Shown piece by piece: positions 1-13,688 of a stretch of DNA of 64,000 nucleotides. Origin of the DNA: Flaccisagitta enflata (taxonomy: Eukaryota); the NCBI GenBank assembly GCA_965153355.1, contig OZ231126.1:19716001-19780000 (forward strand), in the 5' to 3' direction. Under the pieces are notes generated by a model. The model was not told where the DNA came from, made no database searches, and saw only the letters and a program-made list of their open reading frames with translations. Numbering within the stretch: the stretch's first letter is position 1; each line of letters begins with the position of its first letter. Position numbers and translations under genes: made by a program.

Positions 1-1219
1 TTTTCTTGATTTCAGTCAGTCTCTCTGTCTTTCTTGGCGCGCAATGATACATTGGAAGATCAACTCTGACTAAGAAATTATTTCAGTGGAGATGAGTTTT
101 AAAAAAAAGTTGTAGGATAAGTGTTGCCTTTTTTCTCTATGTTTTAAATAAGAAAAGTTTGTAAAACATCTAAACCAGTAATGCTGAACATTTTTCATCA
201 TCACAATTTTATTCAGCGTCCTCACTTTACTCAGAGAACTTTAAGTGCATTATGAACGAGCTTTTTAATCCCCGCGGTTTTCGCCGCCTAACTCAGTTGT
301 TTTGTGTCTTATGGAACAAGGCCGGATACACGGCTACCCCAGTCGCGTGCGGGTGGGCAGGGGCCGTAATTGAGGTCACCAGATCATTTGGGCAGGAGCA
401 GTGAAGCCAAAAATCCCACAAACCCAAAAAAAGTAAAGTGTGACCGACGGACAGACGGACGGACAGACGGACGGACAGAAGGACGGACCGACGGACGGAC
501 CGACGGACCGACAAAGCGGGGTGTAGAGTCGCGTAGCACGCGACTAAAAACGAAGGTTTGAGAAGCTGATTTTGAGGCTAAGATGTCTGATTTGGGTCTA
601 GGAGGTTGGATTTAGAGTCTATAAAAGGGCATGAGAGGCTAGGTATGGGATCGGAGTAGCCTAATTTTGGCTTATACAGGCTTGATTTTGGGCCTGGGAA
701 GCCTGGTTTGAGGTTTTTGGGGGGGGGGTGTACAGACTGACGGAAAATGGAAACTGAAGGAAATTGCCCCAAGTGGAATCATAGGTCATCGGCCCCTCTG
801 GGATCGCTGCCCAAAAAGGCAAAATTCCCATTGAAAAACCTGAAAAATTGATATCAAAATATTGTAATGAATAACTTTGAAAATTGCTAAAAAAGATTGA
901 AAGTTTGCAAAATTCCCATAAAATAACAAGGCAAATTGACAAAAAATGAAAATGACAAAGCTCCAAAAGTGGCGAAGACGTGAGGATAAGGAGGGAGAGA
1001 TTCCCCCTGTGTTCTACAGGACTTTGCCCCCTTTGGGGCCGCAACCCATAAGGGATAACTGTTGTTTCTCACCTGATTTCGAAGAATAAAGAACAGCGCT
1101 ACGGTTTTAATCACACATTGCATTGGCTCTTGAAAGCACTAGCGCTAGTTTATACAATGAATTTTTTCCCATGAAAATATATATACGCAATTCCCTATCC
1201 CTGCACTTCACATCAACAG

Positions 1220-4200
1220 TAAAGACGTGGAATACACTTTCAAGCGGGTCTTCGACGAGAATGTGAGTCAATCCTCGTTATTCCGCATCGTTGGACTTCC
1301 TTTGGTCGACGACCTGCTGCGCGGCCGCAACGGGCTTCTCTTCACTTACGGTATCACCGGGAGCGGTAAGACGCACACCATGACGGGAACTCCGGCAGAC
1401 GGCGGTCTTTTGCCGCGATGCCTCGACGTTCTCTTCAACGCCATCAGAGATTTCCAGTCAAAGAAATACGTCTTTAAACCCGATAAATTGAACGGGTTTG
1501 ATGTGCAGAGTGAGGTAAGGAAATGTTGGCGAGTTGGCGTAGATAAGTTGATTGCAGCTTTGAGTATAATTTGAAAAGGAGCGTGTGAAAGAAGTTGTCT
1601 TAGGTTGCTGAACAATGAACATTACCTCGATAGTAATTCGCCTTAATACATCGCCGCCTTTCTCATTTCCGAACTCCAGGTTGATGCGATGTTGGAGCGT
1701 CAACAACGCGATATTCTGGCCCCCAAAACTCCCAAATCCACCACACCCGCTCCGGCCACGACGACTCCGGGAGATGTCAACGGCATTGGACGCCTCGCTG
1801 ACCCAACCAAGATCGAAGATGTGGTTGACGAGGATAACGCTTATGCCGTCTTTGTCGGTAATTTCTATGAAACGGATATTGGTGATGATGAGATGTGAAG
1901 AAGCCGACTGGCTGAGTCATTGAATTTTTTTTAAAAACCGCAGCGTAAAATGTTTTATGTCCCCTTCCGTTACAGGCTATTGCGAAATTTATAACAATTA
2001 CGTCTACGATCTGTTAGAGGAGGTGAGTCGTTAAGACTTATTTGGAATCTCCTTATTCTCCTATGTATTCTTTAAATTCTTCAGTCTCATCTCCCCCGTT
2101 TTGCCGCGCCGTATACCTGTTTCTTTTAATCCATCTTATTTCTTTACCAATCTTATTTCCTTCTTACGTTCTTTTCTTCCTTTATTATCAGCCTGTATTG
2201 GATCCTCGTGGTCAGCCTCGTCCGCCGTCGTCGCGAAAATTGCGCGAAGATGCCGTCAAAGTGATGTACGTGGAGAATCTGACGGAAGTGGAAGTCAAGT
2301 CGACTGAAGAGGCTTACGAGGCGCTCGTCAAAGGCGACAGGAATCGGAGGAGAGCCCAAACCGTCCTCAATCATGAATCATCCAGAAGTCATTCAGTTTT
2401 CAACATTCGACTGGTTCAGGTTATTCAGGATTGCCGATCGGTCGGATTGTTTCCGACAAGGGTATTGTTCTCTATCGGGTCAGAATTGCTTTGATCATCG
2501 GGAATTCTTTAGCCAGTCTTCTCTTGATATTTATGTCTTATGAACTTGGTTTTCATTTTGGTGAGGAATTCTTTTATCAAGTCGTGTCTCAAGAATTGAG
2601 AAGTGATATTTAGATGGGTGAAAAAACATTCTCTTATTCAGCAGTTTCTCTATTTCGCTCTCAGGCGCCCCTTGATCCAACTGGCGAGGAGATTTTACTA
2701 GACAAAAACCAAGTCACCGTGTCCCAACTTTCTCTCGTCGATTTAGCGGGAAGTGAGCGTCAGGATCGCACCAAGGCTGCTGGGGATAGATTAAAGGAAG
2801 CCGGGCAAATCAACAATTCGCTCATGTCTTTGAGGACTTGCATCGAGACGTTAAGGGATAATCAACAGGCGATGTCCATCTCTGCTCAGAAAATGGTATG
2901 TCCCATTGTTTTTGTTTGGGAGGGGGATAAAGTTAAAACGAAGTTTACATAGGCGTATTGACGTTTTCTTTTTCGACATTCTTAAAAGTTACGTTTGAGA
3001 CATTGCTTTTTTGAAATTGTGAGAGGACGTGGGTTGAGTTGTTGTCGCTGAGCTATTGATTTTAGTAACATAGCTCGTTCATCGGTTTGTTTTGATACTT
3101 CAATGTTATGGACATGGGACAGGTTTATACGCGTCCCTCGCTCAGTTTTTACATTACGTTTTTCTCGAATGGTTGCCTTAGAATAAGATTAACTTCTTTG
3201 CGATTACTAACACGTCTTCTTTCCAATATGTAGGTTCCCTACCGCGACAGCCGTATCACCCATCTCTTCAAGAATTTCTTCGAAGGTGAAGGAAAAGTGA
3301 AGATGGTTGTGTGTGTAAACCCGATGGCCGCCGACTACGATGAGACTCTGCACGTCATGAAATTCGCCGAAGTCACGCAGGAAGTCAAAACGGCCAGAGG
3401 CACCGGAGTCAAGAACAATTTAGGTGAGTCACAAAGTGTTTATTGAATCAAGTGACTCTTTTATGCATTGAAGTTCCTCAAGATCTAATTATCCATTTTG
3501 TCTGGCATTTTGTGCCTCGTTATTGGGCAAGTTATTTCCGTAGCGATAATCTTATACAATATACATGTATTAATGATGTCCGTCTTTCTGTCGATCAACT
3601 CTTATCAGGCTTAACTCCGGGTCGTCGCCGCGCCAACGCCTGTCGTAAAGCTTTGGAAGACGCCGCCTCCGCGTCCAACGGAGGCAGCGACAGCGGCAGC
3701 CTCAGCGACGACGCGGCGTTGCCGGTCGTCTACGACCTCGGTCCGCCGTTGAACATCATGAACTTTGAAGATCCTGCCGATGACTCTTACTTCCCTTCAC
3801 TCATCGAAGCCCTCACGGTTCGCCTGCAAAGGCGGCAGACCATGCGCGCGGATCTGCAGCGTCGGCAGGACGCCTTCCGCAGTCAGCTGCAGGATGTGGA
3901 GACGGAAGTGACGACGCTGCGCGGACGCGTGACGGAATTGGAGGCCGCTTTGGCGGCGCGCGACAAGGAAAACGCGCGTCTGCGCAAACGGCTGCAGCAG
4001 ATGGAAGCGTCGACTTCGGCGTTGAAGAAGAATCACGCCGATGCCGTTCAGGCGAAAAAGGAGCTGGAGTCGGAAGTGGAAACCAAAGCGCAACGCATAA
4101 AGCAAGAAAAGGACGCCCGACGAAGACTGCAGGAAGAAATGGCGTCCAAGATGCAAGTCTGGGAAAAGCACATGAATTCCAAGTACCAACAAGAGTTGCG

Positions 4201-5293
4201 CAAGCAGGCCGAAAAGCATGAGGTGGAGAAACGCGTGCAATGCGAGAGATTCATGGCGTTGAAGGAAATCATCAACGCCGAAGATCCTCGAGCTACGCTG
4301 TACGCCGTTCAGGTAGAAGCCGACGAGGCGCCTGTCGCCATCACGGCCGATATGAATTTGGATACCGCGCCTCCTCCGACGTCGACTTCCATCAAAACCT
4401 CCTCTTCCTCCTCGGCCGTCAACGCCAGCAACGTCAATAATCACCACCAAGGCGTCGGGTCGTCGTCTCACGTGAAAAATCTCGTGTCCAATTTGGAAGC
4501 GCGCGGGTCGGTCTCTTCCTCCACCGACTCTGTTGCCGCTACCGCCTCCTCCGCTTCATCCACCACCGTCCCCAAACGTCCTCTCGATACCAAAGGCTCT
4601 TCTTCCACTTCCTCCGTCGGTGGAGTGGCGGCGCGATTCCGCGGCGTTCAGGGATCGTCCGTAGATCGCGGCGTCGGTTCGAAATCTCAACCGGCGGCTA
4701 GCCATCAACAGCAACATTATCGTCAACAGCAGCGTTCCAAATCTCCGCCTCCGTCCACGACGCTCTTCAATTCCTCCAATTCCACCGATCCTCAGTCATC
4801 CAAAGCGAATCGGCGTCGCAGTCGCAGCACCGGCAATAACGTCTGGTTGGATCATCGCCCGAATCCGACTTCCGACTGCATCCTCAACTCTTCCAACGAC
4901 GCCATCTTGAAGCCCAAGATTTCCGGCGGTGAAAAACGCGTGGGCCGGAAATCCGTGACGCGTATCGACGCCAAGGATGTGGAAAAGGCGACCAAATACG
5001 CGCTGACGGAACAGCGCGTGGATTCCGAAGGCGAAGTGGAGACCAAAGTGTTCAAAGGCGACGTGTTGCCGTCGAGAGGCGGAGGGTCCGAAGTCAAGCT
5101 CACCGACGTAGAAATCCACAAGATTCGGCAAATTTCGCCGGGTAGCAAAAGAAGTTATTCGGTGACGCGCGAACCGGCGACGGCGGACCAGGTGGAGGAA
5201 GTCGAGTCCAGATGCAACATAGCCATCGAAGGCCACGCGCAACCCAAAGCCAGGAAGAATTACGAAAGAGCCAGGGAAAATTTTCAAGTGTGA
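1220..5293 (+). CDS. KIF23: Kinesin-6 motor KIF23/MKLP1/Pavarotti, 5' exons upstream of window
   Basis: GT-AG exons 1220-1514, 1680-1857, 1976-2022, 2192-2419, 2665-2895, 3234-3423, 3609-5293 splice in frame. P-loop GITGSGKT, switch I NHESSRSH, switch [16 protein letters not shown], long coiled coil, RRRSRS motif and MKLP1-type tail ([26 protein letters not shown]). Confidence 0.93.
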
Positions 5294-6224
5294 CGAAAGA
5301 TAATTTAACCAACGAATCTAGAACTGTTTCAACGTGAGACTTGTTCTCCGCTTTTAAGAAGACTTTTTATGCAAGATGCAGATTTGCCGTTACGTTTTCC
5401 TCTTATGTGTACACTTTGTAGCTCTCTCAGCCATCGTTGCTTCCACTTTCGGGCCGCTCTCGTGCATATCTTGTACTTATTTCGCTAGTCTCCTGTCGTT
5501 TAGCCGTAGATGATATCGACCACATTGACATTGTGTGATTCATTTCAGCCGTTTTTGCCCACACATTCCCACTCAAGTTTTCCATGATTCTTCAGTTACG
5601 CTCGTGCTTTCATGGGAAAACGTTGTTGATGATTTCTTTTCTAGGCTATGAATTTTACATGTCTCCTATTTGTATGAATCAGTATATTTTGTAAGGGCAT
5701 TTGTTGTAAGGGATATTTTACGAGTAGAATTCCAGCCTTGCCAAAGAACTGGTTTCGATACCCAGCCTATTCCATTGACTCGGCCATATTTTTGTACCAG
5801 ACTTCTTTTCATGTTGAGCAGACCACGCGGCCTACTCTTACTCTACTCACTATTATCATTTTTGACATCGCGCTCGTTTATGGCTGTTACTCATTCTGTG
5901 CGATTCTTGCCAGTGATCGTGAAGGAGTTTATACCACCGTTGAACCTTTTTTCAAACTCGTGCCTCTGAGGTTATATCCGATATTTTCTTTCGCCTTTTC
6001 TTTTCTAGGTCAACATGTATGAACGGTATGAACCTCCAAGGCTGCAAGAACTGCTATTTTCTCGTGGTCAATGTTTGAAAACTGGGTGAAGAAAAAGTGA
6101 GACTAGATCATCTTGACAAGCACGTGTAAATTGTCCAAGGAATAAAAACACTGATTGCAGCGAAGGTGGTGACATCACAAGACGCGATTGTAAAGCAAAG
6201 TAAACGACGGAAAGTAAAAAAGAA

Positions 6225-6473
6225 ATGAAGTCACGCGTAGGTCGCCGCGTGGAGGTGGAAGGCAGCAAAGGGACGGTGATGTACGATGGCGTCGTGGAAG
6301 GCACGAAAGGTCGCTGGTTAGGAATTGAGTGGGACGACGCGTCTCGAGGGAAACACGACGGATCTCACAACGGCGTGGTTTATTTCCGAGCCAAGGGACC
6401 AACGACCGCTTCCTTCGTTAGAGAGACCAAAGCCAATTTCGGCAAATCTTTTATGAGGTAATTTGCCTTTCCT

Positions 6474-6517
<44 letters not shown>

Positions 6518-6532
6518 TCATTTTCTTTCTTT

Positions 6533-6607
<75 letters not shown>

Positions 6608-7739
6608 GCTTACTTGCTTTCTTGCTTTCTTTCTCTCTTGCTTTCTTTTTTTCTTGCTTTCTTTCTTTCTTGCTTTCTTTCTTTCTTTCTTTCTTTCTTT
6701 TTCTTTCTTTCCGATTTTTGTCCCCGACGAAAAGTTTTCGTCGGTGACTATGAGGTGGACCTGATCGTGTAGTCTGTCTGTTTGTCTGTCTGGCGTTTAA
6801 AACCTTCTCATATTTTTTGAACCAGACTTCAGAAGTTCATGAAACTTTACCAGTACTATTTTTATGTCAATGGGAGCTTGTGTACTAATTTTCAGAAAAA
6901 TTCATTAACTTTTACTACCCTTTGCCTATTATTTTTGTAGTAATATTTTACTGGACTTAGGCGATTTACAAAGGCAGAGGGTAGTAAACTTATGTGAATT
7001 TTTTTTTAATTTGGTATACAAGTAAGGGTCACTGAATAAGCAGCCCCTGCAAAATTCGAATTAAATCTGAAGTCTGGTTCATGAGATATTAGCTAATTTA
7101 TTTATGTAGTAATATGTTACTGGGACTTAGGCGATTTACATAGGCAGAGGGTAGTAAACTTATGTGAATTTTTTTTTAATTTGGTATACAAGTAAAGGAT
7201 AGTAAATAAATCACCCCTGCAAAATTCGAATTAAATCTGAAGTCTGGTTAAGGAGATATTAGCTTATTTATGTAGTAATATGTTACTAGGACTTAGGCAG
7301 TTTACATAGGCAAAGGGTAGTAAAGTTATGTGAATTTTTTTTTAATTTGGTATTCATTTAAAGGACATCAATTGAACAGCCCCTGCAAAATTCGATTTAA
7401 ATCTGAAGTCTGATTTATGAGATATAAACATATTTATGTAGTAATATATTACTGCTGTGAGAGTGGGTGAATTGTTCATTGAGGAGATTCGCACTTTTCT
7501 CATTTACATATTGCGGATGACCATTTATTTGTTCAAAGATTTTTGTGGGATGCATTTATTAGTTAAATATCAATTTACATTCACTCATGTTGTTGTTCAG
7601 CTTTATAGTATTTTCATTATTAAGATTTAAATGATTAACAATTACTAATTTAGTTACTTGTAATTCCCAACGCTGAACTACTTATAGTATTCAGAAGATT
7701 TGCTCTGGTCAAAGTTCACCTTCATGGTAAAAAGGTTTG

Positions 7740-7772
<33 letters not shown>

Positions 7773-8099
7773 ATGCACACACACGAGAGAGCGCGTGCCC
7801 ACGGATACCAAGGTGTGCCTTCTTGTTTTGTGTTTAAGGTGTGCCGTAAGGTTTTTGAAAAAATTTTTTTTTGAAAAAAATTATTTTGAAATTTTTTTGA
7901 AAGAAAATTTTTTTTTGAAAAATTTTTTTTGAAAAATTTTTTTAATTTTTTTTTTTTAATTTTTTTGTTGTATCTTCTGGTGCATTTGCGTCGAAAGCTT
8001 CAAAATTGCAGTTCCCAGTCAGGGACTGTAATTTTGAAGCTTTTTCTTCTTTCTTTCTGTCTCTCTTTTCTGTCTTTCTTTCTCGCCCATTCTTGCTCC

Positions 8100-8191
<92 letters not shown>

Positions 8192-11100
8192 GCTGTTATC
8201 TCGTGGTATAAACTCAGCATTATCATCATCATTCCTTTCTTTTTGTCCTCGACGATCAGTTTACGTCGAGGACTATAACATAGCCTTGATCGTGTAGTGA
8301 GTCGTTCGTCTGTCTGTGTCAACCCTTAAAAACTTGAGAACCACAACTCATATGTTGATGAAACTTGGTCAGTGTTATTTTGAGGGCATTACTAACCTGT
8401 GTACCAACTTTCAACAACATTCATAGATATTTAATACCCTTTGCCTATTATATTTGTAGTAATATTAATTCCTGGACTTATAGAATTTACATAGGGGAAG
8501 GGTAGTAAAGGTTCACCAATGTTGTTTAAACTTGTTTTGGAAGTTCATTGTGGTAATTAAAGCCCCCCTGCAAGATTTCAGATAATTCAGAGTATTGGTT
8601 TAGAAGATATTAGGGTATTTTGCTTGTAATATTATTTCTTAGACTTGTGCAATTTACATAGGGGAAGGGTAGTAAGGGTTCACCAATGTTGTTCAAACTT
8701 GTTGTGAAGGTTCATTGCATCAATTAAAGCTCCCTTGCAAGATTTCAGTAAATTCTGAATATTGGTTAAGAAAATATAAGGGTATTTATGATGTATCTAG
8801 TAACATTATTTCCTTTGAGAATTTTTTTTTGAAAAAAAAATTTTTAAAAAAATTTTTTTTTTTTTAAAAAGTTTTTTTTTTGAAATTTTTTTTTTTGGGA
8901 AAAAAATTTTGTGTTTTTTTTTGTTTTTTTTTTTTTTTTTTTGAAAAAAAATTTTTTTGAAAAAAATTTTTTTTTCTTTTGAAATTTTTTTTTTTTTAAA
9001 TTTTTTTCAAAATTTTTTTTTAAATCTTTTTTTTTCTCAAAATTTTTTTTTTTTTTTTTGAAAAATTTGAAAATTTTTTTGTATCTTTTTTATTGTTGGA
9101 TTATAAGGTATGCTTTCATGGACTTTAAGGAATGCCATCATGGGCTTCAAGGTATGCCATCATAGGCTGCAAGGTATGCCACCATGAACTTCAAGGTATG
9201 CCATCATGGACTTGCAATTGGTAGCTGGGTCAGACTGAGTAGCCAGGTCAGACTGAGTGGCCGGGTCAGACTGAGTAGCCGGGTCAGACTGAGTAGCCGG
9301 GTCGGACTGAGTAGCCGGGTCGGACTGAGTAGCTGGGTCGGACTGAGTAGCCGGGTCGGACTGAGTAGCCGGGTCGGACTGAGTAGCCGGGTCGGACTGA
9401 GTAGCCGGGTCGGACTGAGTAGCCGGGTCGGACTGAGTAGCCGGGTCGGACTGAGTAGCCGGGTCGGACTGAGTAGCCGGGTCAGACTGAGTTGCCGGGT
9501 CAGACTGAGTTGCGGGGTCAGACTGAGTTGCGGGGTCAGACTGAGTTGCGGGGTCAGACTGAGTTGCGGGGTCAGACTGAGTAGCCGGGTCAGACTGAGT
9601 AGCCGGGTCAGACTGAGTAGCCGGGTCAGACTGAGTAGCCGGGTCAGACTGAGTAGCTGGGTCAGACTGAGTAGCTGGGTCAGACTGAGTAGCTGGGTCA
9701 GACTGAGTAGCTGGGTCAGACTGAGTAGCTGGGTCAGACTGAGTGGCAGACCAGGACTGAGTAGCCGGGCCAGACTGAGTAGCCGGGTCAGAACTGAGTA
9801 GCCGGGTCAGACTGAGTAGCCGGGTCAGACTGAGTAGCCGGTCAGACTGGTAGCCGGGTCAGACTGAGTAGCCGGGTCAGACTGAGTAGCCGGTCAGACT
9901 GAGTAGCCGGGTCAGACTGAGTAGCCGGGTCAGACAGTAGTAGTCGGGCTGGTAGCGAGTCAGGCTAGTGGCGAGTCAGAGCTGAGTAGCCGGTCAGACT
10001 GAGTAGCCGGGTCAGACTGAGTAGCCGGGTCAGACTGAGTAGCCGGGTCAGACTGAGTAGCCGGGTCAGACTGAGTAGCCGGGTCAGACTGAGTAGCCGG
10101 GTCAGACTGAGTAGCCGGGTCAGACTGAGTAGCCGGGTCGGACACCAAATAGACTACAGTCGAGGACTGTTGTTTTTAAGCTTTTTTTCTCTCTTTCTTT
10201 CTTTCTCTCTTTCTTTCTCTCTCTTTCTCTTTCTCTTTCTTTCTTCTTTCGCCTTTTCTATCTTTTTTCGCTTTCCTTTTTTGGGCAGCGGCCCCAAAGG
10301 GCCGATGTCCTTTAGGACACAGGGGCGAATTTCCGTCCATACGTACGTACGTACGTACGTACGTCCCCTCCCCGAAGCTTCTCATGCCTCAAATTCCCAT
10401 TGAATAGCATGGGAAATTGACAAAATACAAACTTCCCATTAAATAACATAGAAAATTAACAAAAAAGTGAAAAATTGCATGATTCCCATTGAATAACATA
10501 GAAAATAATGAAAATTGATAAAAATGTGAAATTCCTATTGAATAATATGGTAACTTGACAAGAAATTGAAAAAATGCAAAATTCCTATTGAATAACATGG
10601 AAAGTTGCTACCAAGACCTCAAGTATGCCCTCTCAGGACTTCTGGAAATTCACCCCTGTGTCCTACGGGACATCGGCCCTTTGGGGCCGTTGCCCTGCTC
10701 TTACTCCAATTCTTCAGCTAATCACTCCAAGCAGGGCATCGGGTACCGCTGACCATGTGCGATCCTTGGATAATTTGTTTTTCCATCCTCTTCCTCCTTT
10801 TCCCCTCCCCCTCATCTTTTCCCCTTCATCCTAGCCCTCTTTTCCCGTTCCTTCTTACTTCCCCAACTTGCCGCTTAGCCTCCTTCCATCCTCTTAGCCT
10901 CCTTCTGTCTCCTTTGCGTTATCATTCATTTGATTCCTCTACGGTATTCACATTTCGATCAGAGCCGTCAACGAGCGATACCGAACACGCTTGGAGCCGG
11001 AGGTGGCTGCCCAGATGCACGTGAAAGGTTTAAGCGACCAAATTACCGCCGTCCAACTGGTAGGCAACGATAAAATCGCGGAAAGGCAGTCGAGGATCGA

Positions 11101-13245
11101 CCAATTGGAAGACGTCCACGTCAGCGACCTTCGTGTATGCGGAATCGAAGACGTTGAGCAACATGGTTAGACTGAATGGAAGGCTTAGGTTCTTGTTTAT
11201 TTCTTGTTGTATAATAATGTACAGACGGGACCCTAATAAGAGCGGAGGAGGGACCCAAAGTTTTAGCATCACCCCCTACAGCTTATATTGCTCAAGCAAA
11301 TTTCTCACTTGTTGTGGTGGAATATACCTCGGGTGGATACAATTGGCGCCACCGTAGCGATTTTCAAATTTCCTCCTAAAACACCCCCAAATTGTCAAAA
11401 TTGAAGAAAAATTGTTCATTTTTTTGGGGGGTCCCAGAGGGTGATTTTGCAAAATTTAAGGATGTTCTTGTTGGAAATTCAAAAATCGCCATGGTGGCGC
11501 CAATTGTATCCACCTAAGGAGTAATCTGCCATAGCAAGTGAGAAGAATGCTTGAGGCATATAAGCTGTAGGGGGTGATGCTAAAACTTTGGGTCCCTCCT
11601 CCGCTTTTATTAGGGTCCCGTCTGTATATCGTTGATTTCATTGGCTGATGAGACGAATGAATGAAGCTTTGTCTTGCATGTTACGCTTTCCTCCAGAGCC
11701 TGATCCGTCGACGACAGACGAATCTCAATACCCCATTGGTTGCGCGTCATTGGGTATGGTCAATTGTCTACTTTCCGCGTGGGATGACGTTGCGGCCATC
11801 ACGCGACCCATGACTCGTCTTAGGACGTTACATCTCGACGAGAACCGCATCTCTCTTCCCGAAGAAGCGCATCTAAACTCGCTCGTCGACGCATTCTCGA
11901 ATCTCAAAGTCATTACACTCACCAAAATGGATATAGATTGGTGAGAAATGGGGATCGTGTTTGAAAAGTGAAATGATTTACAGTGTACGAAAGTAAGCTG
12001 TGTGACTCGTGTTGAAATACATTTAAATCTCACGGATTTCAGGGACTAACAAATTTTATCAGTTATAGCCAATTCAAGAATAAAAGAAAGAAATAAGAAG
12101 TAAAAGAATAAAAAGAAAACTGGATAAAGGGATAAAAAAAATTAGCATTCGTTATAGGCGGAATTTCGTCAGAAGCTGGTCCGTTGGAGCGAGGTTCCAC
12201 TGTATCACATTTTCTGCCTATATATTTGGACCTTAGGTCATGGGTCGCCGCTTGTTTGCCTATGTGGCCCAACCTGGAAGAACTCGTCCTATCAAACAAC
12301 TCTATCTCAAATACCTCTTCCTCTTCCTCTTCCTCTCGCTCTCTCGCTTTTCCTCCGCGACTGCGTCTGATCAATCTCGATTGCAATCCTTTGCGCGATT
12401 GGCACAATGTGTTGCTTTTCGCCTCTCTGCCTCACCTCGAAACTCTTTCGCTGGCCGAATGTCAATTGGGTGACATGGAAGCGCCAACGTCCTTTCTCAA
12501 GCCTGAGGGTGAGATGATGACTTCATCCTCTTCCTCCTTTCCTTCCCTCCTCCACTTGAACATTCGTGATAACGCCGTCTCCTCCTGGTCGACCATCGCG
12601 GCCTTAAGTCGAATCGTTTCGTTAAAAGAATTCGTTTTGCTGCGTAATCCCGTCATGACACAACACGAATCGGCGGAAACGAGTCGCCAGATTCTCCTCG
12701 TTAAAATGCCTAACCTGACGAGACTCAATCACGTTTACGTCGACGTCAAAGAAAGAAGAGGAGCGCAAATTGATTATTACAAGAAATACGCCGCGGCTTA
12801 CGTCGAAGCTTTGAAAGCCGGCGCAGACTCGATCAACGCCGCCATGACCGCTTTCCGCTTCGAACATCCGACTTACGATCGTCTCGTCGAAGAATACGGT
12901 CAACCAGATGTCATTCAAATTGACGAGAAACCCAACGTGTTAAAGAAATCTCTGATCTCCATCGGCGTCAGCGTGGCTCAAGACGGCGGTAGGGACTTTG
13001 ACACCGGCGTCGATCCTAATTTCCCAAAGGTCACGAAAAAGATTCCGGCGTCAATGACTGTGCAAAAGGTCAAAATGATGGCGCTGAAGGCGTGGAAAGG
13101 CGCAAAATCCTTGTCGGCGCGTGACTTTCAAGTGCGCGTCGTCAGCGAAGAGAGATCGTTCGTTATTGACAACGAAATGAAGGAAATCAGCTTTTTCGGT
13201 GTCGGCAATGGGGATGAACTGGTGTTGACCAAAAAAACGAAATGA
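6225..13245 (+). CDS. TBCE: Tubulin-specific chaperone E (CAP-Gly + LRR + ubiquitin-like)
   Basis: Exons 6225-6457, 10963-11165, 11697-11940, 12237-13245 are phase-compatible. CAP-Gly WLGIEWDD..GKHDG, several LxxLxLxxN repeats, ERRGAQIDY, C-terminal Ubl (KKIPASMTVQKVK). Confidence 0.92.
6719..8045 (+). mobile_element. Helentron/HINE (DINE-1-like) non-autonomous element, family 1
   Basis: 5' hairpin TGTCCCCGAC..GTCGGTGACT, (GTCT)n, ~120-bp internal tandem units, 3' stem-loop carrying the subterminal repeat, T-rich flanks. Inverted relative at 17935-20167. Confidence 0.6.
8244..10172 (+). mobile_element. HINE-like element related to family 1, carrying an 18-bp minisatellite
   Basis: 5' TGTCCTCGAC..GTCGAGGACT hairpin and 3' CAGTCGAGGACTG; internal sequence similar to 6719-7450. 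Confidence 0.55.
9225..10140. repeat. 18-bp minisatellite (GGGTCAGACTGAGTAGCC)n, about 50 units
   Basis: Direct reading; no unique spacers between units. Confidence 0.95.
11219..11626. mobile_element. Foldback MITE with TA-CAG termini (Tc1/mariner-like) in TBCE intron 2
   Basis: TACAGACGGGACCCTAATAA ... TTATTAGGGTCCCGTCTGTA, with long inverted arms. Confidence 0.8.
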
Positions 13246-13688
13246 ACGTACAGATTAATCTCATTCCAATAGACGGGACCAACAAATTGTTATAGACGGA
13301 GTTCTGTCAGAGCCAATATAAGAAAGAAAAGAAAACAGGCAAAAGGCACAAAGAATTGGCATTTGTCATAGACGGAGCTCCGCAAAAGCAGGTCCGTTGG
13401 AGTGGGGTTTAACTGCATGCTTATTTATTGTCCTTTAGATTTTAATGAAGAATATGTATTTTAGATTAGGATTGATACTTCTTCGTAAGAGTCTAGCTTG
13501 TCATGATCATGAATGAAAAATGATATTGCACATGTTACAAAGTAAAGCATCCTGTGATGATATTTTTTTTTTTACCAAGCTCTAAAGCACCGCCTATTGC
13601 TATTGCTAAAGTAGACTCAACCTGTGATTTGCTTCGTTTTAGAGACAATGTTATAGAACGGAAGTGTCCTGCTACTAAATCCACCAAC

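Noticed and set aside
1885-1920. Box C/D snoRNA candidates in KIF23 and GNL1 introns (ATGATGA..CTGA; also 14660-14695 and 15830-15905)
   Set aside because: Too short or lacking a convincing >=10-nt rRNA complement and terminal stem; would need snoscan or Infernal.
5670-6080. Small gene between KIF23 and TBCE
   Set aside because: Short ORFs with non-ATG starts, no recognisable motif; more likely UTR or intergenic.
9225-10140. CRISPR-like array, or the 205-aa ORF at 9184-9801
   Set aside because: Head-to-tail 18-mers with no unique spacers, no cas genes, inside a eukaryotic intron; the ORF is a by-product of the repeat.
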